64,000 bases of DNA from an uncultured Chloroflexia bacterium (GTDB lineage Bacteria > Chloroflexota > Anaerolineae > CG2-30-64-16), in the NCBI GenBank assembly GCA_963810095.1, contig CAWEMM010000006.1:1568001-1632000 (forward strand). The letters are read 5' to 3'. Numbering within the stretch: the first letter of the stretch is position 1; every line of letters begins with the position of its first letter. The notes beneath the pieces were generated by a model that ran no database searches, was not told the origin of the DNA, and was given only the letters and a program-made list of their open reading frames with translations. A program made the position numbers and the translations under genes. Positions 12,018 through 21,999 of the stretch are shown here, piece after piece.

Positions 12018-13463
12018 ATGGCTGACGTTCCTTCTTACGATGTCGTGGTGATTGGCGGCGGACCCGGCGGCTACGTTGCAGCGATTCGTGCCGCCCAGCT
12101 CGGTCAAAAGGTGGCCGTGGTGGAACGTGAGTTCCTGGGGGGCGTCTGCCTCAATATCGGCTGCATCCCGACCAAGTCGCTCTTGCGGAACGCGGAGCTG
12201 GCGAACATCCTGACCGGCGAGAGCAAGGATTTCGGGTTCAGCTTCGAGAACTTGTCGCTCGATTACGGCGTGGCGCAGAAGCGCAGCCGCCAGGTTAGCG
12301 ACCGGCTGGTCAAGGGCGTCGGCTTCCTGATGCGCAAGAACAAGATCGACGTGTACCAGGGGACGGCGACGCTCAAGTCGGCCAAGCAGATCGAAGTGAA
12401 GGCGACGGCCGAGGCGCCCGCGGTAAACGGCCAGAAATACGACGGGCTGATTGAAGCGAAGAACATCATCATCGCAACCGGGCACCATCCCCGCTCCCTG
12501 CCGGGCATGGCGCCCGACGGCAAGCGCATCATCACTTACCGCGAGGCCTTGTTCCTGACCACCGCGCCGAAGCGCATCGTCGTGGTCGGCGCGGGGGCGA
12601 TCGGCATGGAGTTTGCCTACGTGTTCCGGGCGTACGGGGCCGAAGTCACCGTGATCGAAATGCTGCCCCACGTGCTGCCGCTGGAGGACGAGGAGACGGC
12701 CGCCGAGGTCGCAAAGGCATTCAAGAAGCAGGGCATCAAGGCCCTGGTGAACACCCGGACGGAGGCGATCGAGCCGGCGGGCGAGGGCGTGCGGGTGCGC
12801 GTGAAGGACCAGGGGACCAGCGCCGAGCAGACTATCGAGGCGGACATGGTGCTGGTCGCCGTCGGCGTGGCGCCGAACACGGAAGGCATTGGGCTGGAAG
12901 CGGCGGGCGTACAGACGGACAAGCGTGGGTTTATCACGGTCGACGAGCAATTGCGAACCAACGTGCCGGGCGTCTATGCGATCGGCGACGTGACGGGCAA
13001 GCTGCTGTTGGCCCACGTGGCGAGCGCACAGGGCATCGTCGCGGCTGAGACCATTGCCGGCCACGAGACGCGGCCGCTCAAGGACGCGGACTATGCCTTC
13101 ATGCCCCGCTGTACTTACTGCAAGCCGCAGGTCGCTTCGATGGGCTACACCGAGGCGCAGGCCCGCGAGAAGGGGTATGAGCTCAAGATCGGCAAGTTCC
13201 CCTTTGTGGCTAACGGCAAGGCCCTGGGGTTGAATGAGAAGGAAGGGTTCGTCAAGATCATCGCGGACGCGAAGTACGGCGAAATCCTCGGCGCGCACAT
13301 GGTGGGCCCGGAGGTCACCGAGCTGCTGCCCGAGATGGTGCTGGCCCGGACGTGGGAGCTGACGACCGAAGAGATCGCGCGGACGGTCCACGCACACCCG
13401 ACCCTCTCCGAGGCGCTGATGGAAGCCGCTCACGCCGTCGAGGGCCAGGCAATTCACATTTAG
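12018..13463 (+). CDS. lpdA: Dihydrolipoyl dehydrogenase E3
   Basis: GGGPGGY, GGVCLNIGCIPTK redox disulfide, GAGAIG, HAHPTLSE. Confidence 0.95.
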   Translation: MADVPSYDVVVIGGGPGGYVAAIRAAQLGQKVAVVEREFLGGVCLNIGCIPTKSLLRNAELANILTGESKDFGFSFENLSLDYGVAQKRSRQVSDRLVKGVGFLMRKNKIDVYQGTATLKSAKQIEVKATAEAPAVNGQKYDGLIEAKNIIIATGHHPRSLPGMAPDGKRIITYREALFLTTAPKRIVVVGAGAIGMEFAYVFRAYGAEVTVIEMLPHVLPLEDEETAAEVAKAFKKQGIKALVNTRTEAIEPAGEGVRVRVKDQGTSAEQTIEADMVLVAVGVAPNTEGIGLEAAGVQTDKRGFITVDEQLRTNVPGVYAIGDVTGKLLLAHVASAQGIVAAETIAGHETRPLKDADYAFMPRCTYCKPQVASMGYTEAQAREKGYELKIGKFPFVANGKALGLNEKEGFVKIIADAKYGEILGAHMVGPEVTELLPEMVLARTWELTTEEIARTVHAHPTLSEALMEAAHAVEGQAIHI

Positions 13464-13588
13464 GCAGGAAAAGCTCGCGCTCGGTGGTGGTGCCCGCATC
13501 GCCACCGAGCGCGAGCCATCGGAAGCTTCCTCCCTTGTTCCCCAATGTGCGTGATGTTATACTCAACTCTTAGGAAGGCTATGGTCCA

Positions 13589-13864
13589 ATGACGTGTCCG
13601 GACCTTCTTGACTTTATCTATTCCGACCATGCCACGTGGGAGATGGAAAGACGTGGAATCTCGGAAAGTCACGTTGCAGAGGTTCTGCGTTCAGCCGAGC
13701 AGCGGGAAGAGGTCCGTCACGGGAGGTGCGTTTATCAGGCTCGTCTCTCTTTTGGAGCATTGCGGGAGATGTATCTCCTGCGAGTGTTAGAAGACATAGA
13801 CCGTGTTCCGGCCGTGGTTGTGACGGTATATCGCACGAGCAAGATCGACAAGTACTGGAGATGA
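13589..13864 (+). CDS. DUF4258-family putative toxin (RelE-like RNase)
   Basis: 91 aa, YSDHA..EM.RRGIS and VVVTVYR motifs; 3 bp upstream of a DUF2283-like gene. Confidence 0.7.
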   Translation: MTCPDLLDFIYSDHATWEMERRGISESHVAEVLRSAEQREEVRHGRCVYQARLSFGALREMYLLRVLEDIDRVPAVVVTVYRTSKIDKYWR

Positions 13865-13867
13865 ACG

Positions 13868-14074
13868 ATGCGTGTAGTCTATGATCGCACTACCGACACG
13901 CTCACGATCATTCTCAACGAGACTCCCATCGTCGAGAGTGACGAGGATAAACCCGGCATCATTCTGGACTACGACGCGACCGGGAACATTGTTTCGATGG
14001 AAGTGCTGGACGCTTCTGAGCGGGTCTTCCAGCCAACAAGCCTGACCTATGAACTGGCCGAACAAGGAGCGTGA
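13868..14074 (+). CDS. DUF2283-family putative antitoxin
   Basis: 68 aa, MRVVYD..TDTLTI, ESDE..PGIILDYD..GNIVSMEVLDAS. Confidence 0.8.
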   Translation: MRVVYDRTTDTLTIILNETPIVESDEDKPGIILDYDATGNIVSMEVLDASERVFQPTSLTYELAEQGA

Positions 14075-14131
14075 CTTCTGGTGCCGGTGCCTGCTCAGGG
14101 CGCCGGCCCGGCGTTACGATTGGTGATAAAC

Positions 14132-15103
14132 ATGCAAGGTAACGTAAAAATCGACCCCACGCCGCCCGAGTTGACGCCGCGCAACGCGCCAAAGCGGGCG
14201 CGGCTGCGCGAGCGGCCGGAGGCGCCGGAGGCGACCACGGGCCGGCGGCCAGAGTGGTTGCGGGTCAAACTGAACCAGAACGAGAACTACTGGGAACTCA
14301 AGAAGCTCATGCGCGGGCAGACGCTGCACACGGTCTGCGAAGAGGCGTTTTGCCCCAACCTGGGCGAATGCTGGAGCCGCGGGACGGCCACGTTCCTGCT
14401 CATGGGCGATATTTGCACGCGCGCCTGCCGGTTCTGTAACGTCCTGAGTGGGAAGCCCCTGCCGCTGGACGAAGACGAGCCGCGGCGGGTTGCCGAGTCG
14501 GTCGAGCGCATGGCCTTGCGGCACGTCGTGCTGACGAGCGTCGATCGTGACGATCAGCCGGACGGCGGCGCGCACATCTTCGCCAACACAATCCGCGAAA
14601 TCCGGGGCCGGCTGCCAACTTGCACCATCGAAGTGCTCATACCCGACTTCAAGGCCGACCCGGATGCCTTGCGCCTGGTCATGGATGCGCACCCGGAGAT
14701 CCTGAACCACAACACGGAGACCGTGCCGCGCCTCTCTCGCACGGTGCGGCCGCAGGCGAGCCCGGCGCGCAGCTTGGCCGTGCTGAAGATGGCGAAGGAA
14801 ATGGACCCGGGCGCGCTGACCAAGAGCGGGGTGATGGTAGGCCTCGGCGAGGCGTGGGAAGAGTTGTTGGAGGTGATGGATTCGCTGCGTGCGGTGGACG
14901 TGGACATCCTGACCATCGGGCAGTACCTGCAGCCGACGAAGGACCATCTGCCGATCGAGCGGTACTACCATCCCGACGAGTTCGACGAGCTGGCCGAGGA
15001 AGGCTACGCCCGCGGCTTCAAGTGGGTCGAGTCGGCGCCGCTCGTGCGCTCGTCGTATCATGCCGACGGCCAAGCGCGCATCATCGCGCCCCGTGGTGTC
15101 TGA
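14132..15103 (+). CDS. lipA: Lipoyl synthase
   Basis: [12 protein letters not shown] auxiliary cluster, CTRACRFC radical SAM motif, [17 protein letters not shown]. Confidence 0.95.
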   Translation: MQGNVKIDPTPPELTPRNAPKRARLRERPEAPEATTGRRPEWLRVKLNQNENYWELKKLMRGQTLHTVCEEAFCPNLGECWSRGTATFLLMGDICTRACRFCNVLSGKPLPLDEDEPRRVAESVERMALRHVVLTSVDRDDQPDGGAHIFANTIREIRGRLPTCTIEVLIPDFKADPDALRLVMDAHPEILNHNTETVPRLSRTVRPQASPARSLAVLKMAKEMDPGALTKSGVMVGLGEAWEELLEVMDSLRAVDVDILTIGQYLQPTKDHLPIERYYHPDEFDELAEEGYARGFKWVESAPLVRSSYHADGQARIIAPRGV

Positions 15104-15109
15104 ACGCAG

Positions 15110-15153
15110 TGCGGTGTGGGGTTGCCCGTCGGGCAACCCCACACCGCATTTTT
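15110..15153 (+). terminator. Intrinsic terminator after lipA
   Basis: TGCGGTGTGGGGTTGCCC-gtc-GGGCAACCCCACACCGCA followed by TTTTT. Confidence 0.75.
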
Positions 15154-15164
15154 GATGCTAGACC

Positions 15165-16292
15165 ATGCAAATCCTCACTATCGACGTCGGCACGGGCACC
15201 CAGGATATCCTCCTTTTTGATTCGGAGCGCACGCCCGAGAACTGCCTCAAGCTGGTTGTTCCTTCGCCGACGCTCCTTCTCGGCCGGCGCGTCAGCGCAG
15301 CCACGGCCGCCGGCCAACCCCTCCTCATTACGGGTGTGCTGATGGGCGGCGGCCCGGTTTCATGGGCGGTCGAAGCTCACCACCGGGCGGGCTTGCCCAT
15401 CTATGCCACCCCGGCCGCGGCCCGCACCTTCAACGACGATCTGGAGGCGGTGCAGGCCGACCTGGGCGTGATCCTGGTCGACTCGGCGGAAGCCGGGCGG
15501 CTAGCGGAACGGGACTCCTGGGCGCACGTCGAGTTTCGCGACTTCGATTACCCCGCCATCCGAGCGGCTTTTGCGCAATTCGGCCTGGACCTGGAGCCAG
15601 ACGCGCTGGCCCTCGCCGTGTTCGATCACGGCGCTGCGCCGCCGGATGTGAGCGACCGGCAGTTTCGCATGGACTACCTGGCCGGGCGCCTACGAGAGGA
15701 TGCACGGCTCAGCCGCCTGGCATTTTACGCTGCCGACGTGCCAGAAGCGATGACCCGGCTGGCGGCGCTGGCGAGAACGGCCCAGTCCGCCCTCGACGTG
15801 CCGGTGGTCGTCATGGACACCGCGCCGGCCGCGGTGCTCGGTGCGCTCGACGATCCTGTGGTGGTGCGCGCGCCTGCGCCCATCGTGGTTAACGTCGGCA
15901 ACTTCCACACGCTGGCGTTTCAGTTCGCGGGGGGACGTTTCCTGCGCCTGTTCGAGCACCACACGGGCGAGTTGACGCAGGCCGAGCTGACCGGCTGGCT
16001 GCGAGCGCTGGCCGACGGGTCGATCAGGCATGAGGCCGTCTTTGCCGACAGCGGGCACGGCGCGCTGGTTCTCGACAAAGCCCCTCAGCCCCTGGCCCAT
16101 GTCGCCGTGGTGGGCCCGCGGCGCGCGCTTCTGAAAGATGCAGGGCTGCCCGCGTATTTTGCCGTGCCGCACGGCGACCAGATGCTTGCGGGATGCTTCG
16201 GCCTGCTGCGCGCGTGTGCCGACCTCGAGCCGGGGTGGCGCGAACCGATCGAGGCTTCCCTCGCTGGCGGCTCAGACCGCAGTCTGTGGTAA
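15165..16292 (+). CDS. DUF1786-family protein
   Basis: ILTIDVGTGTQDILL, MGGGP, AARTFNDD, DHG..P..SDR.FR, MDT, VNVGNFHT, FEHHT, P.GDQMLAGCFGL match the family as recalled. Confidence 0.75.
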   Translation: MQILTIDVGTGTQDILLFDSERTPENCLKLVVPSPTLLLGRRVSAATAAGQPLLITGVLMGGGPVSWAVEAHHRAGLPIYATPAAARTFNDDLEAVQADLGVILVDSAEAGRLAERDSWAHVEFRDFDYPAIRAAFAQFGLDLEPDALALAVFDHGAAPPDVSDRQFRMDYLAGRLREDARLSRLAFYAADVPEAMTRLAALARTAQSALDVPVVVMDTAPAAVLGALDDPVVVRAPAPIVVNVGNFHTLAFQFAGGRFLRLFEHHTGELTQAELTGWLRALADGSIRHEAVFADSGHGALVLDKAPQPLAHVAVVGPRRALLKDAGLPAYFAVPHGDQMLAGCFGLLRACADLEPGWREPIEASLAGGSDRSLW

Positions 16293-16311
16293 AGTAGGGG
16301 CTGGAGGCGAG

Positions 16312-16797
16312 ATGGCTGAGTCAGAGACGTTCAGGTCAATCATGCGCATGTTTGACTACGGGTTATTCATTCTGACGTGCGCGGGACACGGGACGCCGCG
16401 GGCTGCGACCGTCAGCTGGGCGATGCAGGCATCGTTCGAGCCGAAACAGGTGGCCGTCGCGCTGCGCAAGCGCACGAGCATCTGTGACGCGGTGCAGACG
16501 GAACGCCGCTTCGGGCTGCACGTCGTGGGCGAGAACCAGCCGGAGCTGGCGCGCGCGTTCTTCAAGGTCCAGCAGAGCGGCGAGGCAGAGATGTCGGGGT
16601 ACCAGTACGGGCTGCTGGCGAGCGGTGTGCCCATCCTTCATGCGACGGCGGCATGGCTGGAGTGCGAGGTGGTGGAGCAGGCGGGCCAGCGAGGCGACCA
16701 CGCCATCTTCATTGCGACGGTCGTCGACGGCGCGATCCAGGTTCCCGGCATGCGAGCGCTCGCTCTTCGTGACACTGTCTGGCATTATGGCGGTTGA
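16312..16797 (+). CDS. Flavin reductase-like protein
   Basis: YGLFILT, TVSWAMQASFEP, AWLECEV, GDHAIF, WHYGG. Confidence 0.85.
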   Translation: MAESETFRSIMRMFDYGLFILTCAGHGTPRAATVSWAMQASFEPKQVAVALRKRTSICDAVQTERRFGLHVVGENQPELARAFFKVQQSGEAEMSGYQYGLLASGVPILHATAAWLECEVVEQAGQRGDHAIFIATVVDGAIQVPGMRALALRDTVWHYGG

Positions 16798-16814
16798 ACC
16801 GATTGGAGGTTGTG

Positions 16815-17324
16815 ATGTCCCCCGAACCGGCGACCACTGATGTTCGCACCGAAGCGTTGAATCTCCTTTCCAACGGCGTTTATGTCCTGACCGCAGCAAC
16901 GGCCGACACGCTCCACGCCGCGACGGTGACCTGGGCGGTCCAGGTTTCTTTCCAACCCGCGCTGGTGCTGGTCGCCTTGCGACGCAACTCGCACCTGGCG
17001 CAGGCGGTGCGAAAGGCGCACCGTTTCGCACTCAACACGCTCGCGGCAGATCAGCCGGAGCTGGCGCAGCGGTTCTTCTCCCATTACACGCTCCCGGCCG
17101 AGCCCCTTCCCGGTCCCGACTCGCCGTTCCGGCTCACCGTCGGCAAGTGCCCGCTGCTGACCGAAGGGATCGCCTGGCTCGAATGCAAGCTGGTTGCCGA
17201 ACCGGTGTCGCCGGGCGATCATGCGCTGATGCTCGGCGAAGTTTCGGGGGCCGGCGTACGCCGCCAAGCGCGCCCCATGGTTCTTCATGACACGCCGTGG
17301 TCCTACGGCGGGATTAAAGGCTGA
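16815..17324 (+). CDS. Flavin reductase-like protein (paralog of the upstream gene)
   Basis: GVYVLT, TVTWAVQVSFQP, AWLECKL, GDHAL, WSYGG. Confidence 0.85.
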   Translation: MSPEPATTDVRTEALNLLSNGVYVLTAATADTLHAATVTWAVQVSFQPALVLVALRRNSHLAQAVRKAHRFALNTLAADQPELAQRFFSHYTLPAEPLPGPDSPFRLTVGKCPLLTEGIAWLECKLVAEPVSPGDHALMLGEVSGAGVRRQARPMVLHDTPWSYGGIKG

Positions 17325-18529
17325 TGGCACCTACTACCTCACCCAACTTCAAGGCCGAGGCGGAACTGCTCTCGAGCCAGCTCATTGCGTGGCGCCGGGA
17401 CCTGCATGCCCACCCGGAGCTTGGTTTCGAGGTTCACCGCACCGCGGGCATGGTCGCCCGGACTCTGGCCGAGCTTGGCTGCGAAGTTCGGACGGGCATC
17501 GGTCGTACCGGCGTGATCGGACTCATTGCGGGCGGCAAGCCGGGACCTACGGTTATGCTGCGTGCCGACATGGACGCGCTGCCCATCCAGGAGATCAACG
17601 ACGCGCCCTACGTTTCGCAGGTGCCGGGCGTAATGCACGCCTGCGGACACGATGGGCACGTGGCGATGGGCCTTGGCGCCGCGACGTTGCTGGCCCGGCA
17701 CGCTGCGGACCTGCCCGGCCAGATCCTGCTCGTCTTCCAGCCGGCAGAAGAAAGCATGGGCGGCGCGCGTGCGATGATCGACGGCGGCGCGCTTGACGAT
17801 CCCGCGCCCGCGGCGGCCTTTGGCCTGCACCTGTGGAACACGATGCCATTAGGGCGCGTGGTGGCGCAGGCGGGACCCATCATGGCGGCGGCAGACGTGC
17901 TGCGCATCCTGATTCGGGGCAAGGGCGGTCACGGCGCCTTGCCGCACGAGGCGGTGGATGCCATCGCCGTCACCGGCCAGGTGCTATCGGCGCTGCAAAC
18001 CATTGTGAGCCGCAACGTCGACCCCCAGGAAACGGCCGTGCTCACCATCGGGACGGTGCACGGGGGGACGGCGTTCAACGTTATCAGCGAAACGGTCGAA
18101 ATGCAGGGCACAATCCGCACGTTTTCGCCCGCAGTCCGTGAGACCGTGCTCACCCGCCTCAAGGTGCTTCTGGACGGTGTCACGGCAGGCATGGGCGCCC
18201 GGTACGAGTTGGAGATTCAGGACGCGACGAGCGCGGTCGTCAACGATTCGGTGATCGCGGAGATCGGCCGGTCGGCGGCGCTGCAAGTCGTGGGTGCAAC
18301 GAATGTAGCCTGGCAGCCGCCGTTCATGGTCAGCGAGGACTTCTCCGAGTTCGCCAACCGGGTGCCGGCGTGTTTCATGCTGCTCGGCTCGGGCAATCCC
18401 GAGCTCGGGCTCAATGCACCGCACCACAACCCCCGGTTTGATATCGACGAGCGGGCGCTTCCGTTGGGCGCGGCGCTGTTGGCGACGGCGGCAGCCAAAT
18501 TCCTGGTCGAAAGGCAGCCTGGTTCTTGA
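17324..18529 (+). CDS. M20-family amidohydrolase
   Basis: RRDLHAHPELGFE, LRADMDALP, MHACGHDGH, FQPAEE, SEDF, HHNPRF. Confidence 0.92.
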   Translation: MAPTTSPNFKAEAELLSSQLIAWRRDLHAHPELGFEVHRTAGMVARTLAELGCEVRTGIGRTGVIGLIAGGKPGPTVMLRADMDALPIQEINDAPYVSQVPGVMHACGHDGHVAMGLGAATLLARHAADLPGQILLVFQPAEESMGGARAMIDGGALDDPAPAAAFGLHLWNTMPLGRVVAQAGPIMAAADVLRILIRGKGGHGALPHEAVDAIAVTGQVLSALQTIVSRNVDPQETAVLTIGTVHGGTAFNVISETVEMQGTIRTFSPAVRETVLTRLKVLLDGVTAGMGARYELEIQDATSAVVNDSVIAEIGRSAALQVVGATNVAWQPPFMVSEDFSEFANRVPACFMLLGSGNPELGLNAPHHNPRFDIDERALPLGAALLATAAAKFLVERQPGS

Positions 18530-19188
18530 CCCAGTTGGTCGCGCTGTACGGCACCTTTATGCTCGTGACGCTGTCGGGCGCGCTGTCGCCCGGCCCCCTG
18601 ACGGCCATCTGCTTTAGCGAAGGCGTGCGCGCGGGGCGTTGGTCGGGCACAGGGTTGGCTATCGGGCACGGACTGGTCGAGTTTCCGCTCGTTCTGGCGA
18701 TCGCCTTCGGCCTGAGCAAGTGGCTCCAACAGCCGCTGGTCAACGGCGTGGTCGCGCTTTTCGGTGCGAGCGTGCTGTTGTGGATGGGTTACGGATTGGT
18801 GAGCGGGGTGCTGCGGCGACAGATGAGCCTCGCAGCCGCCACCAGTGCAACCGCGCCGGCCATGCTGAAGTTCGGCCATGTTCCCGGCGGCATGGCACTC
18901 ACCGTGACCAATCCCTACTGGTCGCTGTGGTGGGCCAGCCTGGGCGCAGCATACGTGGCCCGCACGACCGCGCTGGCCCCGGGGCTCGCCTCCGTGAGCG
19001 GCCTGTGGGCCACCCACTGGCTCATCGACCTGGCGTGGCTTGGCGGGCTGGCGTTTGTTGCCGCGTCGGGCCGCGGGTTCATCACCGACCGGGTTTATCG
19101 CGGCGTTCTGTTAGCGTGCGGGGTGTTCGTGATCGGGTTCGGGTTTTACTTCATGTGGTCGGGGGCGCAAACGCTGCTCACACGCTAG
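18526..19188 (+). CDS. LysE-family amino acid exporter
   Basis: LSGALSPGPL, GHGLVE, NPYWSLWW, multiple TM segments. Confidence 0.85.
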   Translation: MTQLVALYGTFMLVTLSGALSPGPLTAICFSEGVRAGRWSGTGLAIGHGLVEFPLVLAIAFGLSKWLQQPLVNGVVALFGASVLLWMGYGLVSGVLRRQMSLAAATSATAPAMLKFGHVPGGMALTVTNPYWSLWWASLGAAYVARTTALAPGLASVSGLWATHWLIDLAWLGGLAFVAASGRGFITDRVYRGVLLACGVFVIGFGFYFMWSGAQTLLTR

Positions 19189-19234
19189 CATCTTCGCCGT
19201 GGTGTCTAGGAGCGCCCAAACCCGTGTCGGCAAA

Positions 19235-19272
19235 GTAGGAGCGAGGCATCCCTCGGGGTGCCTCGCTCCTAC
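19235..19272. repeat. GTAG-type REP-like palindrome
   Basis: GTAGGAGCGAGGCA-N10-TGCCTCGCTCCTAC. Confidence 0.7.
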
Positions 19273-19287
19273 ACGACTGTCTCAGAT

Positions 19288-19316
19288 TTGTAGGAAGAAC
19301 CACAAAGCAGTATAAT
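19288..19316 (+). promoter_or_regulatory. sigma70-type promoter of gdhA
   Basis: TTGTAG, 17-bp spacer, TATAAT. Confidence 0.6.
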
Positions 19317-19495
19317 GCGCGCGCCTGAGGACAAAGGTGACCTTGGCTTGCCTCCATGCGCCCTCGCAAAACGCAGCTCCAGGTCCCGGTTCATCTTGTC
19401 CAGATCGGTCTATCTCCTTCAGGCAGTGCTTGTGCCGTTCTACGCGGGCGAGGCTCGTCACCCCGCCTGGATTTTACACGAAGGAGTGATCCCAG

Positions 19496-20746
19496 ATGTC
19501 AACACTTAATCCCTTCGAGATTGCCCAGCACCAGCTTGACGAAGCTGCGGAACTGTTGGGACTCTCGCCGGCCATGCACGCTTTTCTCCGCGTGCCCATG
19601 CGTGAGATGCATTTCAGCATCCCGATCATGATGGACGATGGCTCGTACCAAACTTTCCAGGGCTTCCGCGTGCAGTATAACGACGCGCGCGGTCCTGCCA
19701 AGGGCGGTATTCGCTTTCATCCGGATGAGACGATCGACACGGTCCGGGCGCTGTCGGCCTGGATGACATGGAAGACGTCGGTCGTCGATATCCCGCTTGG
19801 CGGCGGCAAGGGCGGCATCATCTGCGACCCGAAGAGCCTGTCTGTCACGGAACTCGAACGCCTCAGCCGCGGCTATATGCGACGCATCGCGTACTTCATC
19901 GGCGAGGACAAGGACGTGCCGGCGCCGGATGTCTACACCACGCCGCAGATCATGGCCTGGATGATGGATGAATACGAAACCATCAAGGGCCGCCATCTCC
20001 CGGGCATTATCACGGGCAAGCCGGTGCCGCTCTTTGGCTCACTGGGCCGAGGCGATGCGACGGCGCGGGGTGGCATTTATGTAACCCGCGAGGCAGCGAA
20101 CTGCCTGGGTATGAAGCTCGAGGGCGCACCGGCCGCGATCCAGGGCTATGGCAACGCGGGCCAGTTCGCGCACCAATTGGGCAAGGACATCCTGGGCCTG
20201 AAGATCGTCGCCATCAGCGACTCGAAGGGTGGGATCTACAAGGCGGACGGCATCGAGTTCACGAAGGCAGTGCAGTGGAAGGAAAAGACCGGCAGTGTGG
20301 TCAACTTCCCCGGCGCCGAGAACCTCACGAACGCCGAGTTGCTGGAACTGCCGGTCGAGGTGCTCTTCCCTTCCGCGCTCGAAAATGTCATCACGGAAAA
20401 CAACGCGGACAAAATCAAGGCCAAGATCATCGCCGAACTGGCGAATGGTCCCACCACGCCGGAAGCGGACAAGATCTTGTTCGATAACGGCAAGTTCGTC
20501 CTGCCTGACTTCCTGTGCAACGCTGGCGGCGTCACGGTAAGCTACTTCGAGCAGGTCCAGAACGCGTACAACTTCTATTGGCCCATCGAGGAGGTCCAGG
20601 CGCGCTTGGACGCCAAGATGACGAAGGCCTTCCATGCGGTCAACGACATGTCGGTGGCCCACAAGACGCACAACCGCCTCGGGGCATACCTGGTGGCGGT
20701 GAAGCGGGTGGCCGACGCGGTTGCGACCCGCGGGTGGGCAAAGTAA
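19496..20746 (+). CDS. gdhA: Glutamate dehydrogenase (Glu/Leu/Phe/Val family), copy 1
   Basis: [47 protein letters not shown]. Confidence 0.9.
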   Translation: MSTLNPFEIAQHQLDEAAELLGLSPAMHAFLRVPMREMHFSIPIMMDDGSYQTFQGFRVQYNDARGPAKGGIRFHPDETIDTVRALSAWMTWKTSVVDIPLGGGKGGIICDPKSLSVTELERLSRGYMRRIAYFIGEDKDVPAPDVYTTPQIMAWMMDEYETIKGRHLPGIITGKPVPLFGSLGRGDATARGGIYVTREAANCLGMKLEGAPAAIQGYGNAGQFAHQLGKDILGLKIVAISDSKGGIYKADGIEFTKAVQWKEKTGSVVNFPGAENLTNAELLELPVEVLFPSALENVITENNADKIKAKIIAELANGPTTPEADKILFDNGKFVLPDFLCNAGGVTVSYFEQVQNAYNFYWPIEEVQARLDAKMTKAFHAVNDMSVAHKTHNRLGAYLVAVKRVADAVATRGWAK

Positions 20747-20759
20747 GACGGGAGATGAG

Positions 20760-20791
20760 GAAACCCGGTTTCTGCGGAAAGACTGGTTTCT
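20760..20791. repeat. Paired GAAACCNGGTTTCT-type repeat
   Basis: GAAACCCGGTTTCT and GAAAGACTGGTTTCT right after the gdhA stop. Confidence 0.65.
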
Positions 20792-20801
20792 GATCGAACG
20801 C

Positions 20802-20842
20802 AAAAAGAAACCTCCGAGGGCTGTGAGCCTTCGGAGGTTTTT
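20802..20842. terminator. Bidirectional intrinsic terminator between convergent gdhA and OFOR beta
   Basis: A-tract, AAACCTCCGAGGGCT..AGCCTTCGGAGGTTT stem, T-tract. Confidence 0.8.
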
Positions 20843-20869
20843 CATGCGTCGGCGAGAACACCGATTCCG

Positions 20870-21928
20870 TTACAGCTTCGCCATGACTTCTTCGAGCGCC
20901 TGCCGGCTCGGCCGCAGTTTTTCGTCGGGCAGGAGGGCCAACGGCGTGTCCGCGTAGTGCAGCAGTTCGTGCAGGTCGGGACGCTCTTCCTGGTTGATGT
21001 AGATCAGCCCGGTGATAAACTGCTGCTTCTGCCGCGCCTGTTCGAGCGTGATAAAGGCGTTCAGTTTGCTGGTCGGGTCATAGTCCGGGTCCAGCTTCTT
21101 CAGCACGATGCGCGAGCCGTCGTGCATCGCGACTTCCATCTCGCCTTCGTAATAGCCCACGCTGATCTCCTCGAAGGGCGGGATGAAGTTCAGCTCGTTG
21201 AGCGCGGTCTCCTTCTGTTTGCCCCACGTGTAGCTCTTGGTCGAGTCGTCGTGATTGTTGAAGGTGACGCACGGGCTGATGATGTCGAGCACGGCGATGC
21301 CGCGGTGGCTGAACGCGGCCTTGAGCAGCGTCTCCACCTGGCGGGGGTCGCCGGCGAAGGACCGAGCGACGAAGGTGGCGTTGGCGGCGAGCGCCTCGAG
21401 GCAGATGTCGAGGGGCGGCAGGTTGTTAACCCCCGCGTACTTAAGCCGCTGGCCCAGGTCGGCCGTAGCGCTGAACTGGCCCTTGGTCAGGCCGTACACG
21501 CCGTTGTTCTCCACGATGTAGACCATGGGCACGTTGCGGCGCACGGCGTGCTTGAACTGCCCGGTGCCGATCGATGCGGTGTCGCCGTCGCCCGAGATGC
21601 CGATGACGGTCAGCTCGCGGTTCGCCACCGCCGCGCCGGTCGCCACCGCCGGCATGCGCCCGTGCACGCCGTTGAAGGCATGGCTCTGGCTCATGAAGTA
21701 CGCGGGCGATTTGGACGAGCAGCCGATGCCGCTCATCTTGATCAGCTGCGTCTGGTCGAGGCCGAGTTCCCAGGCCACATTCATGATGCGCTGGCTGATC
21801 GTGTCGTGGCCGCAGCCCTTACACAGCGTGGACGGCGCACCCTTGTACGCGGCCTTTTCGAGGCCGAGAGTATTCACTTTGACCGCGGTGGCCGGAGCCG
21901 GCCGGGCGGTTTGAGTCGGGGTTGTCAT
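20870..21928 (-). CDS. korB: 2-oxoacid:ferredoxin oxidoreductase beta subunit
   Basis: LCKGCGH, SGIGCSSK, GVHGR, GDGDTASIG, NNGVYGLTKGQFS, SPCVTFN. Confidence 0.85.
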   Translation of the reverse strand: MTTPTQTARPAPATAVKVNTLGLEKAAYKGAPSTLCKGCGHDTISQRIMNVAWELGLDQTQLIKMSGIGCSSKSPAYFMSQSHAFNGVHGRMPAVATGAAVANRELTVIGISGDGDTASIGTGQFKHAVRRNVPMVYIVENNGVYGLTKGQFSATADLGQRLKYAGVNNLPPLDICLEALAANATFVARSFAGDPRQVETLLKAAFSHRGIAVLDIISPCVTFNNHDDSTKSYTWGKQKETALNELNFIPPFEEISVGYYEGEMEVAMHDGSRIVLKKLDPDYDPTSKLNAFITLEQARQKQQFITGLIYINQEERPDLHELLHYADTPLALLPDEKLRPSRQALEEVMAKL

Positions 21929-21999
21929 ACTAGTGTCTCCTGATCCTACGGAAGTCGTGGTTCTGGCGCCGGCCGTGCCGGCCCCGGAAACCGGGCTTC

